A stretch of 64,000 bases of DNA from a bacterium. Its GTDB lineage: Bacteria > Desulfobacterota > DSWW01. The DNA is taken from assembly GCA_040756235.1 (NCBI GenBank), contig JBFLZG010000066.1:1-64000 (forward strand). The letters run 5' to 3'. The position numbers and the translations under genes were made by a program. The notes under the pieces were generated by a model. It was not told the DNA's origin. It saw only the letters and a program-made list of their open reading frames with translations, and did no database searches. Positions 13,029 to 21,649 of the stretch are shown piece by piece (within the stretch, counting starts at the first letter, position 1; each line of letters starts with the position of its first letter).

Positions 13029-13245
13029 CAGCTCATGCAGGGGCATGGCTTGCCCCGCCCGAGCTCGCTTGTCCCCGCTACCCGCGATCCGGATACACTC
13101 TTCGGAAGGGGGGGTGAGGGGGTAACAGCAGCGCATTCGCCCCTCATCCTGACCTTCTCCCCTCGGCGAGGGGAGAAGTTAGAAAATCGACACGCATGCG
13201 TCGCCCCTACAAAGCTCCGCCCCGGAATGGTACACTTCCCGGACC

Positions 13246-14508
13246 ATGCGCCCCTATCTGCTCATCGTCGTGAGAGTCGGCCTGGCGGTCTTCCTGGTCT
13301 TCGCCACGGTCCTGATCCTCTACATGAGCCTCCAGAGCGTCCGCTCCGCCGGGTCGCTGGCCGACCTCGCCCTGCAGAACACGGCCCTTGCCCTCGCGTC
13401 CTCGGCTGAAGGGGCGCTCATCCAGGGCGGCGGCAGAAGCACGGAGGAGGTCCGGGAAATCTTCTCGGATCGGGTCGTGGCCTATGCGGCCATGACCGAC
13501 CGTCAAGGCAGGGTCGTCTTTCACACCAACCCGCGTCTGGTCGGGTCCCTTCTGCCGGATGACGAAGACGCCCGCAGGTGGCCCGCGCCGGGCGGCTTTC
13601 TGGCGCGGCGGATCGTGCTGGGGACCGGGCTCCCTGCTTACCAATTCCGCCACGACGTCGGCCTCCCGGACGGCAGCACCGCGCTGCTCACCCTGGTGCT
13701 CCATACGGCGAGCGTGGACCGGATCGTTGCCGGGGCCCGCCGCATCTGGTGGACCGTCGGCGGCGTCCTGCTCCTGCTCTGGGGGGCGGGAATCGCATCG
13801 GAGCGGATCTTCACGCGCCAGGTGCGGATGCAGGCGGAGCTGGAGCGGCGCAAGCAGCTGGCGCTCCTCGGCCAGATGACCGCGGTCCTGGCGCACGAGA
13901 TCCGCAATGCGCTGGGGAGCATCAAGGGGTATGCCCAGTGGGTGGACGAGAAACTCGAGCCCGCGGACCCGAAGAAGGCGGGCCTTGCGGTCGTTCTGGA
14001 GGGTGCGGGCCGCATCGAGTCACTGGTGCAGGATCTCCTGCTCTTCTCCCGTGAAGAGGTGTATCGCGTCGAGCGGGTGGAACCGGCCCCTCTGGTCCGG
14101 GAGGCCGTGGGCCTGCTGTCCCGGTCCTGGGGCGGGAAGGTGGAGCTGGACGTCGACTCCGGCGCGCCGGGCCTCGGCGACAGAGAGAAACTGAGCCGCG
14201 TCCTCGCAAACGGCATCCGCAACGCCCTGCAGGCCATGGGAGAGACCGGGGAGCTGCGCATCTCCGTGCGGCCGGAGGGGTCCTTTCTGAAGATCCGGAT
14301 CGCGGATTCCGGCCCCGGGATCGCCCCCGAGGAGATCCCGCGCCTCTTCACGCCCTTTCACACGACCAAGGCCGACGGCACCGGCCTGGGCCTCGCCTAC
14401 TCGAGGAAAGTCATGGAAGGCATGGGGGGGACGATCGATCTCGCGAATCTGCCCGGCAGGCAGGGAGCGGTCTTGACCCTCGGAATCCGCAAGGCAGGGG
14501 AGGGGTGA
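13246..14508 (+). CDS. Membrane sensor histidine kinase (NtrB/ZraS-like)
   Basis: Two TM segments; AHEIRN, NALQA, DSGPGI, FTPFHTTK and GTGLGL. Confidence 0.93.
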   Translation: MRPYLLIVVRVGLAVFLVFATVLILYMSLQSVRSAGSLADLALQNTALALASSAEGALIQGGGRSTEEVREIFSDRVVAYAAMTDRQGRVVFHTNPRLVGSLLPDDEDARRWPAPGGFLARRIVLGTGLPAYQFRHDVGLPDGSTALLTLVLHTASVDRIVAGARRIWWTVGGVLLLLWGAGIASERIFTRQVRMQAELERRKQLALLGQMTAVLAHEIRNALGSIKGYAQWVDEKLEPADPKKAGLAVVLEGAGRIESLVQDLLLFSREEVYRVERVEPAPLVREAVGLLSRSWGGKVELDVDSGAPGLGDREKLSRVLANGIRNALQAMGETGELRISVRPEGSFLKIRIADSGPGIAPEEIPRLFTPFHTTKADGTGLGLAYSRKVMEGMGGTIDLANLPGRQGAVLTLGIRKAGEG

Positions 14509-14509
14509 A

Positions 14510-15838
14510 GTGGCAAGATCCATTCTCATCGTTGAGGATGACGCCGGTATGCGCTCGCTCCTCTCCACCCTTCTCACCGAGGAAGGATACCGGGTGGAGG
14601 CGGCGCGCGGCGGCAGGGAGGGCCTCACCCGGCTCGCGGGAGGCGAATTCGACCTGGTGGTTGCGGACCTGCGCATGCCGGACATGTCGGGCATGGACCT
14701 GATGAGGGAGGGGAGAAAAGAAAAGCCCGCCGCGCGCTGGATCATCATCACGGCGTACGGGTCGATCGCGAGCGCCGTGGAAGCCATGAAAGCGGGCGCC
14801 TCCGACTACCTGACCAAACCGTTCCACAACCCCGACGAGCTGCGCCACGTGGTGCGCCGGGTGCTGAAGGAGGTCGAGGCCGACGAGACCATCGCGCTCC
14901 TCTCGGAAGAGCTCGGCCGGCATTTCCCGCCCATGGAGATGATCTTTCTCGGCCGCAAGATGAAGGAGATTCAACGGCTGGTCGGAGAGGTCGCGCCCAC
15001 GCCGGCCAGCGTGCTCATCACCGGGCCGAGCGGCACGGGCAAGGAGCTCGTGGCCCGGGTCATTCACCTGCTCAGCCCGCGCAGGCAGAGACCGTTTGTC
15101 GCGGTCCACTGCGCGGCCCTTGCGGAGACCCTGCTCGAGAGCGAGCTGTTCGGCCACGAGCGCGGGGCTTTCACGGGGGCTGTGGCAACCCGGAAGGGGA
15201 GGTTCGAGCTGGCGGACGGCGGGACCGTGTTCCTCGACGAGATCGGGGAGATCCCTCCCCGCATTCAGGTCAAGCTGCTGCGCGTGCTCCAGGAGAGGGA
15301 GCTGGAACGGGTCGGCGGGAGCAAGCCCCTACAGGTCGATGTGCGCATCCTGTCCGCCACGAACAAGGACTTGAGGAGCGAGATCTCCGGGGGGCGCTTT
15401 CGGGAGGACCTCTATTACCGGCTCAACGTCTTCCCCATTGCGCTGCCGCGGCTGGCGGACCGCAGGGAGGCGATCCTGCCGCTGGCCGCCTTCTTCGTCG
15501 CCAAGTTCGCTGGCTCCTTCGGGAAGAAGGCCGCCGGATTCACCCCTGCGGCCGAGGCCGCTCTGGTCTCCTACGACTGGCCAGGCAACATCCGGGAGCT
15601 GCAGAACGTGATCGAGCGAGCCATCATCCTGAGCAAGGGAGAGATCGACCTCCGGCACTTGAATCTCGAGGTGGAAGAGGAGGCGCAGACTCCCGCCGAG
15701 GGCCTGCTGGCCAGGACCGAGCGGGAGACGATCCGTAAGGTGCTCGAAGAGGTGCAGGGCAATCGCAGGAAGGCTGCCGGGCTCCTGGGGATCTCGCTGC
15801 GCACCCTGCAGTATCGGATCAAGGAGTACGGGCTGTAG
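14510..15838 (+). CDS. Sigma54-dependent response regulator (NtrC/ZraR family)
   Basis: Receiver domain, [28 protein letters not shown] and Fis-type HTH. Confidence 0.96.
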   Translation: MARSILIVEDDAGMRSLLSTLLTEEGYRVEAARGGREGLTRLAGGEFDLVVADLRMPDMSGMDLMREGRKEKPAARWIIITAYGSIASAVEAMKAGASDYLTKPFHNPDELRHVVRRVLKEVEADETIALLSEELGRHFPPMEMIFLGRKMKEIQRLVGEVAPTPASVLITGPSGTGKELVARVIHLLSPRRQRPFVAVHCAALAETLLESELFGHERGAFTGAVATRKGRFELADGGTVFLDEIGEIPPRIQVKLLRVLQERELERVGGSKPLQVDVRILSATNKDLRSEISGGRFREDLYYRLNVFPIALPRLADRREAILPLAAFFVAKFAGSFGKKAAGFTPAAEAALVSYDWPGNIRELQNVIERAIILSKGEIDLRHLNLEVEEEAQTPAEGLLARTERETIRKVLEEVQGNRRKAAGLLGISLRTLQYRIKEYGL

Positions 15839-15844
15839 TCTTAC

Positions 15845-16027
15845 CGTCATCCCCGGCCAAGGCCGCCGGGGCGGCTTGAAGGTGGGAGATTGCGAGCATA
15901 GCGAAGCAACCTCCCTGGCTCAGGGGGTTGCTTCGGTCGCCTGTGCTCCCTCGCAATGTCCGCAACAATTCGTGTCCTCTCCGCCTGCTCGATGCGGCCC
16001 AGGGATGATGGGGTATGACACAGCCTC
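15845..16027. repeat. Composite repeat (GTCAT REPs enclosing GCGAAGCAA palindromes, MITE-like end); inverted copy at 56521-56697
   Basis: The reverse complement aligns along its length with 56521-56697; TATGACACAGCCTC at 16014-16027. Confidence 0.85.
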
Positions 16028-16069
16028 CCCGGCGGAATGACGGGAAAATGCTCCGGGCGCGAAAGGATC

Positions 16070-16095
16070 TGCACCGGCCGGTGCAAGCCTTGCAC
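16070..16095. promoter_or_regulatory. Putative enhancer (UAS) for the adjacent sigma54 activator
   Basis: Perfect palindrome TGCACCGGCCGGTGCA overlapping GTGCAAGCCTTGCAC, about 100 bp upstream of a -24/-12 site. Confidence 0.55.
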
Positions 16096-16190
16096 CCGGA
16101 AGCCCGCCGGACGGCCGCTCCTGGTGCTGCGAGAGCGGCAAGAAGGCTGAAGCAGTGCGGAATTCGACATCTCCTCCGGTCTGGCACGGA

Positions 16191-16207
16191 TTGGCATCGC
16201 TCTTGCT
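16191..16207 (+). promoter_or_regulatory. Sigma54 (-24/-12) promoter
   Basis: TTGGCATCGCTCTTGCT = GG-N10-GC with TGGCA and TTGCT. Confidence 0.75.
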
Positions 16208-16255
16208 CCGACCCATGCCAAACACCCGTTCCACATGAGAGGGAGGAGAACGAAG

Positions 16256-16576
16256 ATGAGGATCAGCACCAAGAGGGCCATCGTGGCCGGAGCGCTCGCC
16301 CTGAGCTTGGCCATGCCGATGACGGCGGCTGCAGGCGGCGGTTCGGGGCAGCGCCAGAGCAGGAGACAGTGCGTTCAGACGCAGACTCAGTCGGGCACCC
16401 GGATCCAGATGCGGGACCGCGATCGCCTGCGGGACGGATCCTGCCTGAACGGCGGCGGAGCGAGCATCGGCACGATGCAGAAGAGAGGAAATACCTATGG
16501 GCCTGGTGACGGGACAGGCTTCGGAGGCACGGGTCCCAGGGACGGCACCGGCTACGGAGCACCCGGGAGCAGGTAG
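16256..16576 (+). CDS. Small exported Gly/Gln/Arg-rich protein with repeated GP.DGTG motif
   Basis: GGAGGAG RBS, signal peptide, two Cys, GPGDGTGFGGTGPRDGTGYG. Confidence 0.75.
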   Translation: MRISTKRAIVAGALALSLAMPMTAAAGGGSGQRQSRRQCVQTQTQSGTRIQMRDRDRLRDGSCLNGGGASIGTMQKRGNTYGPGDGTGFGGTGPRDGTGYGAPGSR

Positions 16577-17138
16577 AGGACCGGCCCCGGCGGGGAGCAG
16601 GGCGGCCCTGGTCGCCCTGCTCGTCCTGCTTGCGTGCGCTTGCGCTGTCCTGGCGGCCGCACCGCGCGCGCGGGCCGGTGAGGACGACGTGCATCTGCCG
16701 GAGAGCGGGATCCGCTACCCGGAGGGTTTCGATCCGAACACGGTGGGCGAGGTCACGGGCAAGGCGCGTGGCCTTCTTCAGCCTGAGAAGGGGCCCGTCC
16801 GCTTTCAGGTCGACACCGGCAGGGGAACTTACACGGTCCTGGCCTCGCCCGGATGGTACTGGGACGACGTGAAACCGCGAGTCGCCGAGGGGACCGACAT
16901 CCGGGTGCGGGGCTCGAAGACGCTCGGTAGAGACGGCAACCTCTACATCATCGCCCAGGAGGTCGAGGTCCTTGCGGCCGGGGAGAAGATCGTCTTGCGG
17001 AGCGAGGACGGCAGACCGCTCTGGAGGGGCCCGAGCATGGGAGCGAGACACGGCCACGGCGGTCCCGGCTCGTCCCAGGGTGGAATGGGCATGGGCGGCA
17101 TGGGAGGCGGCGCAGGCCGCGGCCGCGGGCGCCGGTGA
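16497..17138 (+). CDS. Exported protein, probably OB-fold, with Gly/Met-rich tail (start uncertain)
   Basis: Hydrophobic signal segment, FDPNTVGEVTG...P.WYW...VRGS...LRSEDGRPLW core, GGMGMGGMGG tail. Confidence 0.7.
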   Translation: MGLVTGQASEARVPGTAPATEHPGAGRGPAPAGSRAALVALLVLLACACAVLAAAPRARAGEDDVHLPESGIRYPEGFDPNTVGEVTGKARGLLQPEKGPVRFQVDTGRGTYTVLASPGWYWDDVKPRVAEGTDIRVRGSKTLGRDGNLYIIAQEVEVLAAGEKIVLRSEDGRPLWRGPSMGARHGHGGPGSSQGGMGMGGMGGGAGRGRGRR

Positions 17139-17194
17139 ACGAGGGTCGGGGATGCTCGCCTGTCACCAGAACCGCAGTCAGGAGAAACGCACTC

Positions 17195-18043
17195 ATGAGA
17201 AGACACGCCCTCTGCGGCATGCTGGTGGCGGCGCTCTTTGCGGTGACGCCATCGAGCGCCTCGGCCTCGTGGGAGACCGGGGCCAGGGTCAACTTCGATT
17301 CCAACGTGAACCTGTCCGTGAACGATGAGGAGAGCGACACCTTTTTTTCCGCTTACCTGAGCTTTTCCAGGGAAGCGAGCGGCGCATCGCGGCTCGGCTG
17401 GACCCTCGATAGCAGCATCGAAGGTGCCGCATACGTGAAGCTGGACGACCTGGACTATGCCTCCGTATCGATCGCACCCGGGCTGAGCTTCATCCCTTTC
17501 CACGCGTGGAGCATTCAGGTCTCCCCTTTCCTTCAAGCCAAGGGGGTCAAGGACTCCGAGCAGTCCGCCTTTGCCTTCGGCGCCAAGCTGAGCCTCCGGC
17601 AGAGCCTTGGAAAAGACTTGTATTCCGGCGAGTATTACGTCTATAAAGACAGCCGGGCCGACGTCGACACATATTCCTTCACCGAGCACGTGGCGGGCGC
17701 CTTTCTGGGCGTCAGCTGGACGCGCAGGTTCTTCACGGAAGCGGGGTACGAGTTCGCCCGGGGTGATTCCTTCCGCACCGTGAACACCGTGAGCACCACC
17801 TCGACGGCGGCCCCGGGCCCGGGCTCGGGCCCGGGCCGAGGCAGACACGGCCGGTTCTCGTCGACCTTCGATGCCGAGGTGATCCGGGAGAAGGTGAGCT
17901 CGCATTCCCTTTGGGCGAGCTTCGGGATCGACTGGACCCGGTCGCTCTTCTCCCAGGCGGGCTACAGCTTCACGACGACAGATGGAGATCTCGGCACTTC
18001 GGACGTGCATGGCGTGTCGGCGGGGATCGGCTATCGGTTTTGA
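17195..18043 (+). CDS. Outer-membrane beta-barrel protein
   Basis: Signal peptide, amphipathic strands, C-terminal GIGYRF. Confidence 0.8.
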   Translation: MRRHALCGMLVAALFAVTPSSASASWETGARVNFDSNVNLSVNDEESDTFFSAYLSFSREASGASRLGWTLDSSIEGAAYVKLDDLDYASVSIAPGLSFIPFHAWSIQVSPFLQAKGVKDSEQSAFAFGAKLSLRQSLGKDLYSGEYYVYKDSRADVDTYSFTEHVAGAFLGVSWTRRFFTEAGYEFARGDSFRTVNTVSTTSTAAPGPGSGPGRGRHGRFSSTFDAEVIREKVSSHSLWASFGIDWTRSLFSQAGYSFTTTDGDLGTSDVHGVSAGIGYRF

Positions 18044-18088
18044 GGGCCGAATTCTTGGACAGGCCCCAACTGGGACGGGAGGACGCCT

Positions 18089-19015
18089 ATGATCGTCGAC
18101 GTCCATTACCACCAAATACCGATGTTGCCCGAGGAGCTGGCCCCCCTGCTCGCCGAAGACCTCGTGAGGGCGGCCAAGATCATGGGCGTCAAGGCAGAGA
18201 AGGCCGAGCTGATCAAGGCGCTCCTCGGGAGCCAGGACATGTCCGGGGAGAAGCTCGCCCGGCGCATGGAGACCGCGGGCATCGATTTCCAGGTGATCTG
18301 CGCGGTCGACAACGCCGCGAGCCCGCACTTCAGCCCCGAGCTGGCGCAGCTTCAGAACCAGCTCGTGGCCGATGTCGCCCGTAAGCACCCCGGGAAGATG
18401 ATCGCGCTGGCCGGAGTCGACCCGAGGCGGCCCGACGCCCTCGACATGCTCAAACGGTGCTTCGAGGAGCTCGGCATGCGAGGCTTGAAATACCACAGCG
18501 ACTACGGGTTCGACCCGGCCGGGCCCGAGTCGTACAAGCTGCTGGCCTACCTCGAACGGAACGACGGGATCCTGCTCGCCCACACCGGGCCCCTGCCGCC
18601 GCCCTCGCGCAGCAAGTTCGCGGAGACGGCGCTGCTGGCGGACATCGCAGTCGACTTTCCCTCCCTGAGGGTCATCGCCGCGCACATGGGGCAGTGCAAC
18701 TGGCGGCCCTTCGCCTCGCTGGCGACCATGCAGCCGAACCTCTACGGGGACCTCGCCATGTGGGCCCCTTACGCGTTCGGCAAGTACGAGCTCTTCTGCC
18801 GGGAGCTGCGGGACCTGCTGGACTATGCGGGCGCCGACAAGGTCCTGTTCGCCACGGACGATCCCATCTCCTGCGCCGTGGTGGATACCCGCGAGTGGAT
18901 CCGGGTGATCCGCGAGCTGCCCGAGAAGGCGCCGGCCGGGATCCGGTTCACCCGGGAAGAGGTGGACGGGATCCTCGGAGGCAACGCGGCGCGCATGCTG
19001 CGGCTGAGCGCCTGA
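18089..19015 (+). CDS. Amidohydrolase-2 family metal-dependent hydrolase/decarboxylase
   Basis: DVHYH, GLKYH, AHTG, AAHMG, LFATD and ILGGNA. Confidence 0.9.
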   Translation: MIVDVHYHQIPMLPEELAPLLAEDLVRAAKIMGVKAEKAELIKALLGSQDMSGEKLARRMETAGIDFQVICAVDNAASPHFSPELAQLQNQLVADVARKHPGKMIALAGVDPRRPDALDMLKRCFEELGMRGLKYHSDYGFDPAGPESYKLLAYLERNDGILLAHTGPLPPPSRSKFAETALLADIAVDFPSLRVIAAHMGQCNWRPFASLATMQPNLYGDLAMWAPYAFGKYELFCRELRDLLDYAGADKVLFATDDPISCAVVDTREWIRVIRELPEKAPAGIRFTREEVDGILGGNAARMLRLSA

Positions 19016-19075
19016 GGACGAAAATCCCCCCGCACCCCGTCGGGGGGTCGGTCGCACCCGGCAGGTAGCGCCCCG

Positions 19076-19209
19076 GTAGGGTGGACTAAGCCGAAGGCGT
19101 GTCCACCAATCCCTGACAAAGCGGCCAACCCGCCGGGGCCTCGGGAGGCCGCTGCGCTCGCGATCGTTTGGCCGTGGTTGGCGGACACGCTGCGCTTTGT
19201 CCGCCCTAC
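19076..19209. repeat. REPIN-like inverted doublet of GTAG REPs
   Basis: Plus copy 19076-19107 and minus copy 19180-19209 (stem covaried to GGCGG/CCGCC), 72-bp spacer. Confidence 0.9.
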
Positions 19210-19285
19210 CGGGTGTCCACAACGCTCGCGACACCGGCCTCCCTCCAGGCTGCCACTGGCTGTCTACCTCCTTTTGCCCATCCGT

Positions 19286-19314
19286 TTGACTTGCCCCGGG
19301 AGACCCAGTAGATT
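19286..19314 (+). promoter_or_regulatory. Putative sigma70 promoter of the acyl-CoA dehydrogenase-etf operon
   Basis: TTGACT-N17-TAGATT. Confidence 0.55.
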
Positions 19315-19456
19315 CGAAGAGCACCGTTTCCTCCTGATTCGAACGAGCTCCGCCCTCTGTTCCCTGACCACAAGGCAAGCCTGTCCCGGCAGGACGGCGC
19401 CGCTCCGAGCGTGCGCCGCAGGAGTCGTGAACCCTCGAAAAGGAAGAGGACCCACT

Positions 19457-20590
19457 ATGGATTACGATCTCCCCAAGGAAATCAAGCTGGTCAAGAGGAC
19501 CGTCCGCGAGTTCGCGGAACAGACCGTGGCCCCGCTCGTCCCCAAGATGGAGGAGAACGACGAGTTCCCGAGCGAGCTCGTCCGGCAGATGGGGGAGCTC
19601 GGGCTGCTCGGGCTGATCACGCCCGTCGAGTACGGCGGCTCCAACCTCGGGTACCTGGCGCGGATGGTCGCGATCGAGGAGCTTAGCCGCGTCGCTCCGC
19701 CGCTGGGTCTCGCCCTGCAGTGCCACCACATGGGGGTCGCGGCGATCGTCGATTTCGGCACTCCCGAGCAGAAGGCCAGGTTCCTGCCGGTGCTGGCGCG
19801 AGGAGACTTCCTGGGCTGCTGCGCCATCACGGAGCCGACCGGGGGATCGGACCTGCTCGGCATCACGAGCACGGCGCGGCCGGTCGGCGACGGCTATCTC
19901 CTGAACGGCCGCAAGTGCTTCATCACGAACAGCCATCTGACACGTTCCGCCGTCGTGGTGGCCAAGACCGGAGAGGGGCCCAAGGGGATCAGCGCCTTCG
20001 TCGTGGAAGCAGACCGCCCGGGCTACGCGGCGGGGCGGCACGAGCGCAAGATGGGGCTGCGCGGCTCCGACACCGGCGAGATCATCATGAAAGACTGCCT
20101 CGTTCCGCGGGAAAACCTGCTCGGGAACGAAGGGGAGGGGCTGTCCATCGCGCTCAAGACGATCGGCGAAGTCGGGCGGGCCGGGATGGCCTCGACGGCG
20201 CTCGGGATCCTGCAGGCGTCCTACGAGGAGGCCGTCAAGTTCGCCAAGGACCGCGTGCTCTACGGCAGGCCGATCGCGAACCTCCAGGCCATCCAGTGGA
20301 GCATCGCGGAGATCTACATGCAGGTCGAGGCGGCCCGCCTGATCTGCTACCGCGCGGCCTGGCTCAAGGACAGCGGCCGGGACTGCGCCCTCGAGACCAC
20401 GCTGGCCAAGACGTACGCCACGGAAGCCGCGGTCCAGGCCGCCAAGAAGGCGCTCGAGGTGCACGGGGCCGCGGGCACCATGCTCGAGTACCCGATCCAG
20501 CGCCTGTTCCGGGACGCCATGGTCTGCGTCTCCGCGGGCGGCACCACGGAGATCGGCAAGGTCGTGATTTCGCGCTCCGCCCTGAGCTGA
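19457..20590 (+). CDS. Acyl-CoA dehydrogenase family protein, atypical catalytic site
   Basis: AITEPTGGSD, LNGRKCFITN, KMGLRGSDT and QRLFRDA; SAGGT in place of IYEGT. Confidence 0.93.
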   Translation: MDYDLPKEIKLVKRTVREFAEQTVAPLVPKMEENDEFPSELVRQMGELGLLGLITPVEYGGSNLGYLARMVAIEELSRVAPPLGLALQCHHMGVAAIVDFGTPEQKARFLPVLARGDFLGCCAITEPTGGSDLLGITSTARPVGDGYLLNGRKCFITNSHLTRSAVVVAKTGEGPKGISAFVVEADRPGYAAGRHERKMGLRGSDTGEIIMKDCLVPRENLLGNEGEGLSIALKTIGEVGRAGMASTALGILQASYEEAVKFAKDRVLYGRPIANLQAIQWSIAEIYMQVEAARLICYRAAWLKDSGRDCALETTLAKTYATEAAVQAAKKALEVHGAAGTMLEYPIQRLFRDAMVCVSAGGTTEIGKVVISRSALS

Positions 20591-20623
20591 GAGCGAACCA
20601 TTGCCACAGAGAGGTACGTCACT

Positions 20624-21427
20624 ATGCAGAAACTCGATATCCTCGTGTGCATCAAGCCGGTTCCCGACCCCAAGAGGTGGGACAAGCTCAAGCTCGACCC
20701 GGAAACCATGCTGCTCGCCCGGAGCGAGGTTCCGCCGGTCCTCAACCCCCTCGACCGGAACGCCCTCGAACAGGCGGTGATGTTCAAGACCGCATCCGGC
20801 GGGACGGTCACTCTCCTCACCATGGCGCCTCCGGCAGCCGAGGAGCAGCTCATGGAAGCGCTCGCCATGGGGTGCGACCGTGCGGTCCTGCTCACCGACC
20901 GGGCCTTTGCCGGGGCGGACACGCTGGCCACCGCGCGCACGCTGGCGGCGGCCATCCGCAAGATCGGCCGCTATGATCTCATCTTCTGCGGAGGCTACTC
21001 GCTGGACGGATCCACCGCGCAGGTGGGCCCGCAGGTGGCGGAGCTGCTCGGAATCCCCGACCTCACGCTCGCTACCCGGGTCGAGATCCGGGGCGACGGG
21101 CTGCGGGTAGCCTGCAAAGTGGACGACGGGCAGGTGGTCTACGAAGTCGACCTCCCGGCACTGGTCTCCTTTGCCCAGGAAGCGAACAAGCCTCGCCTGC
21201 CCAGCATGGTCGGCCTCAAGAAGGCCGCGGAGGCGGAGATCGTGAAGTGGACGGCCCGCGACCTCGGGCTGGATCCCGCAGAGGTCGGCCTGCGCGGCTC
21301 GCCCACGCAGATGCAGAACGTCTTCAAGGCGCCCGTGGGCCGCAAGGGCGAGATGCTGCAGGGGACGCCGGACGAGCTGGCCCAGGCGCTCCTCGCCAAG
21401 ATCAAATCCGAACGCGTCCTGAGCTAG
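20624..21427 (+). CDS. etfB: Electron transfer flavoprotein beta subunit
   Basis: VCIKPVPD, NPLD, GADTLAT, DGSTAQVGP and GLRGSPT. Confidence 0.93.
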   Translation: MQKLDILVCIKPVPDPKRWDKLKLDPETMLLARSEVPPVLNPLDRNALEQAVMFKTASGGTVTLLTMAPPAAEEQLMEALAMGCDRAVLLTDRAFAGADTLATARTLAAAIRKIGRYDLIFCGGYSLDGSTAQVGPQVAELLGIPDLTLATRVEIRGDGLRVACKVDDGQVVYEVDLPALVSFAQEANKPRLPSMVGLKKAAEAEIVKWTARDLGLDPAEVGLRGSPTQMQNVFKAPVGRKGEMLQGTPDELAQALLAKIKSERVLS

Positions 21428-21632
21428 GAGGCTGTCCATAAATGCCCATCTGCGGAGCCTGTTGCGAGCGCAGCGAAGCAATCCCCCTGGCATCATGCTT
21501 GCGGCGGCCAGCTGTGACCGGGGGTTTCCTCGTCGCGCAGGCTCCTCGGAACAGGCCTCAGGATTTCACGCGCCTTGCATCTGGACATTTCTGAACAGCC
21601 TCCCGGAGCCGAATTCTCGGACAGACTCCTAG
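21424..21632. mobile_element. MITE-like element bounded by CTAG, between etfB and the etfA fusion
   Basis: CTAGGAGGCTGTCC / GGACAGACTCCTAG, inner end TGAACAGCCTCC at 21592-21603, GCGAAGCAATC palindrome inside. Related copy at 32276-32482. Confidence 0.7.
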
Positions 21633-21649
21633 ACAAACGGAGCTTCCCC

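Noticed and set aside
19457..20590. 3-sulfinopropionyl-CoA desulfinase assignment
   Set aside because: Shares the Glu-less AGGT motif, but I could not locate the Arg/Gln residues recalled for that family; unsupported without alignment.
16943..21496. Very long antisense or alternate-frame ORFs (1517 aa here; also 5489-8284, 26113-28716, 37457-39946, 43382-46393, 48382-51057)
   Set aside because: Shadow ORFs of GC-rich genes: they overlap well-supported CDSs and carry no recognisable motifs.
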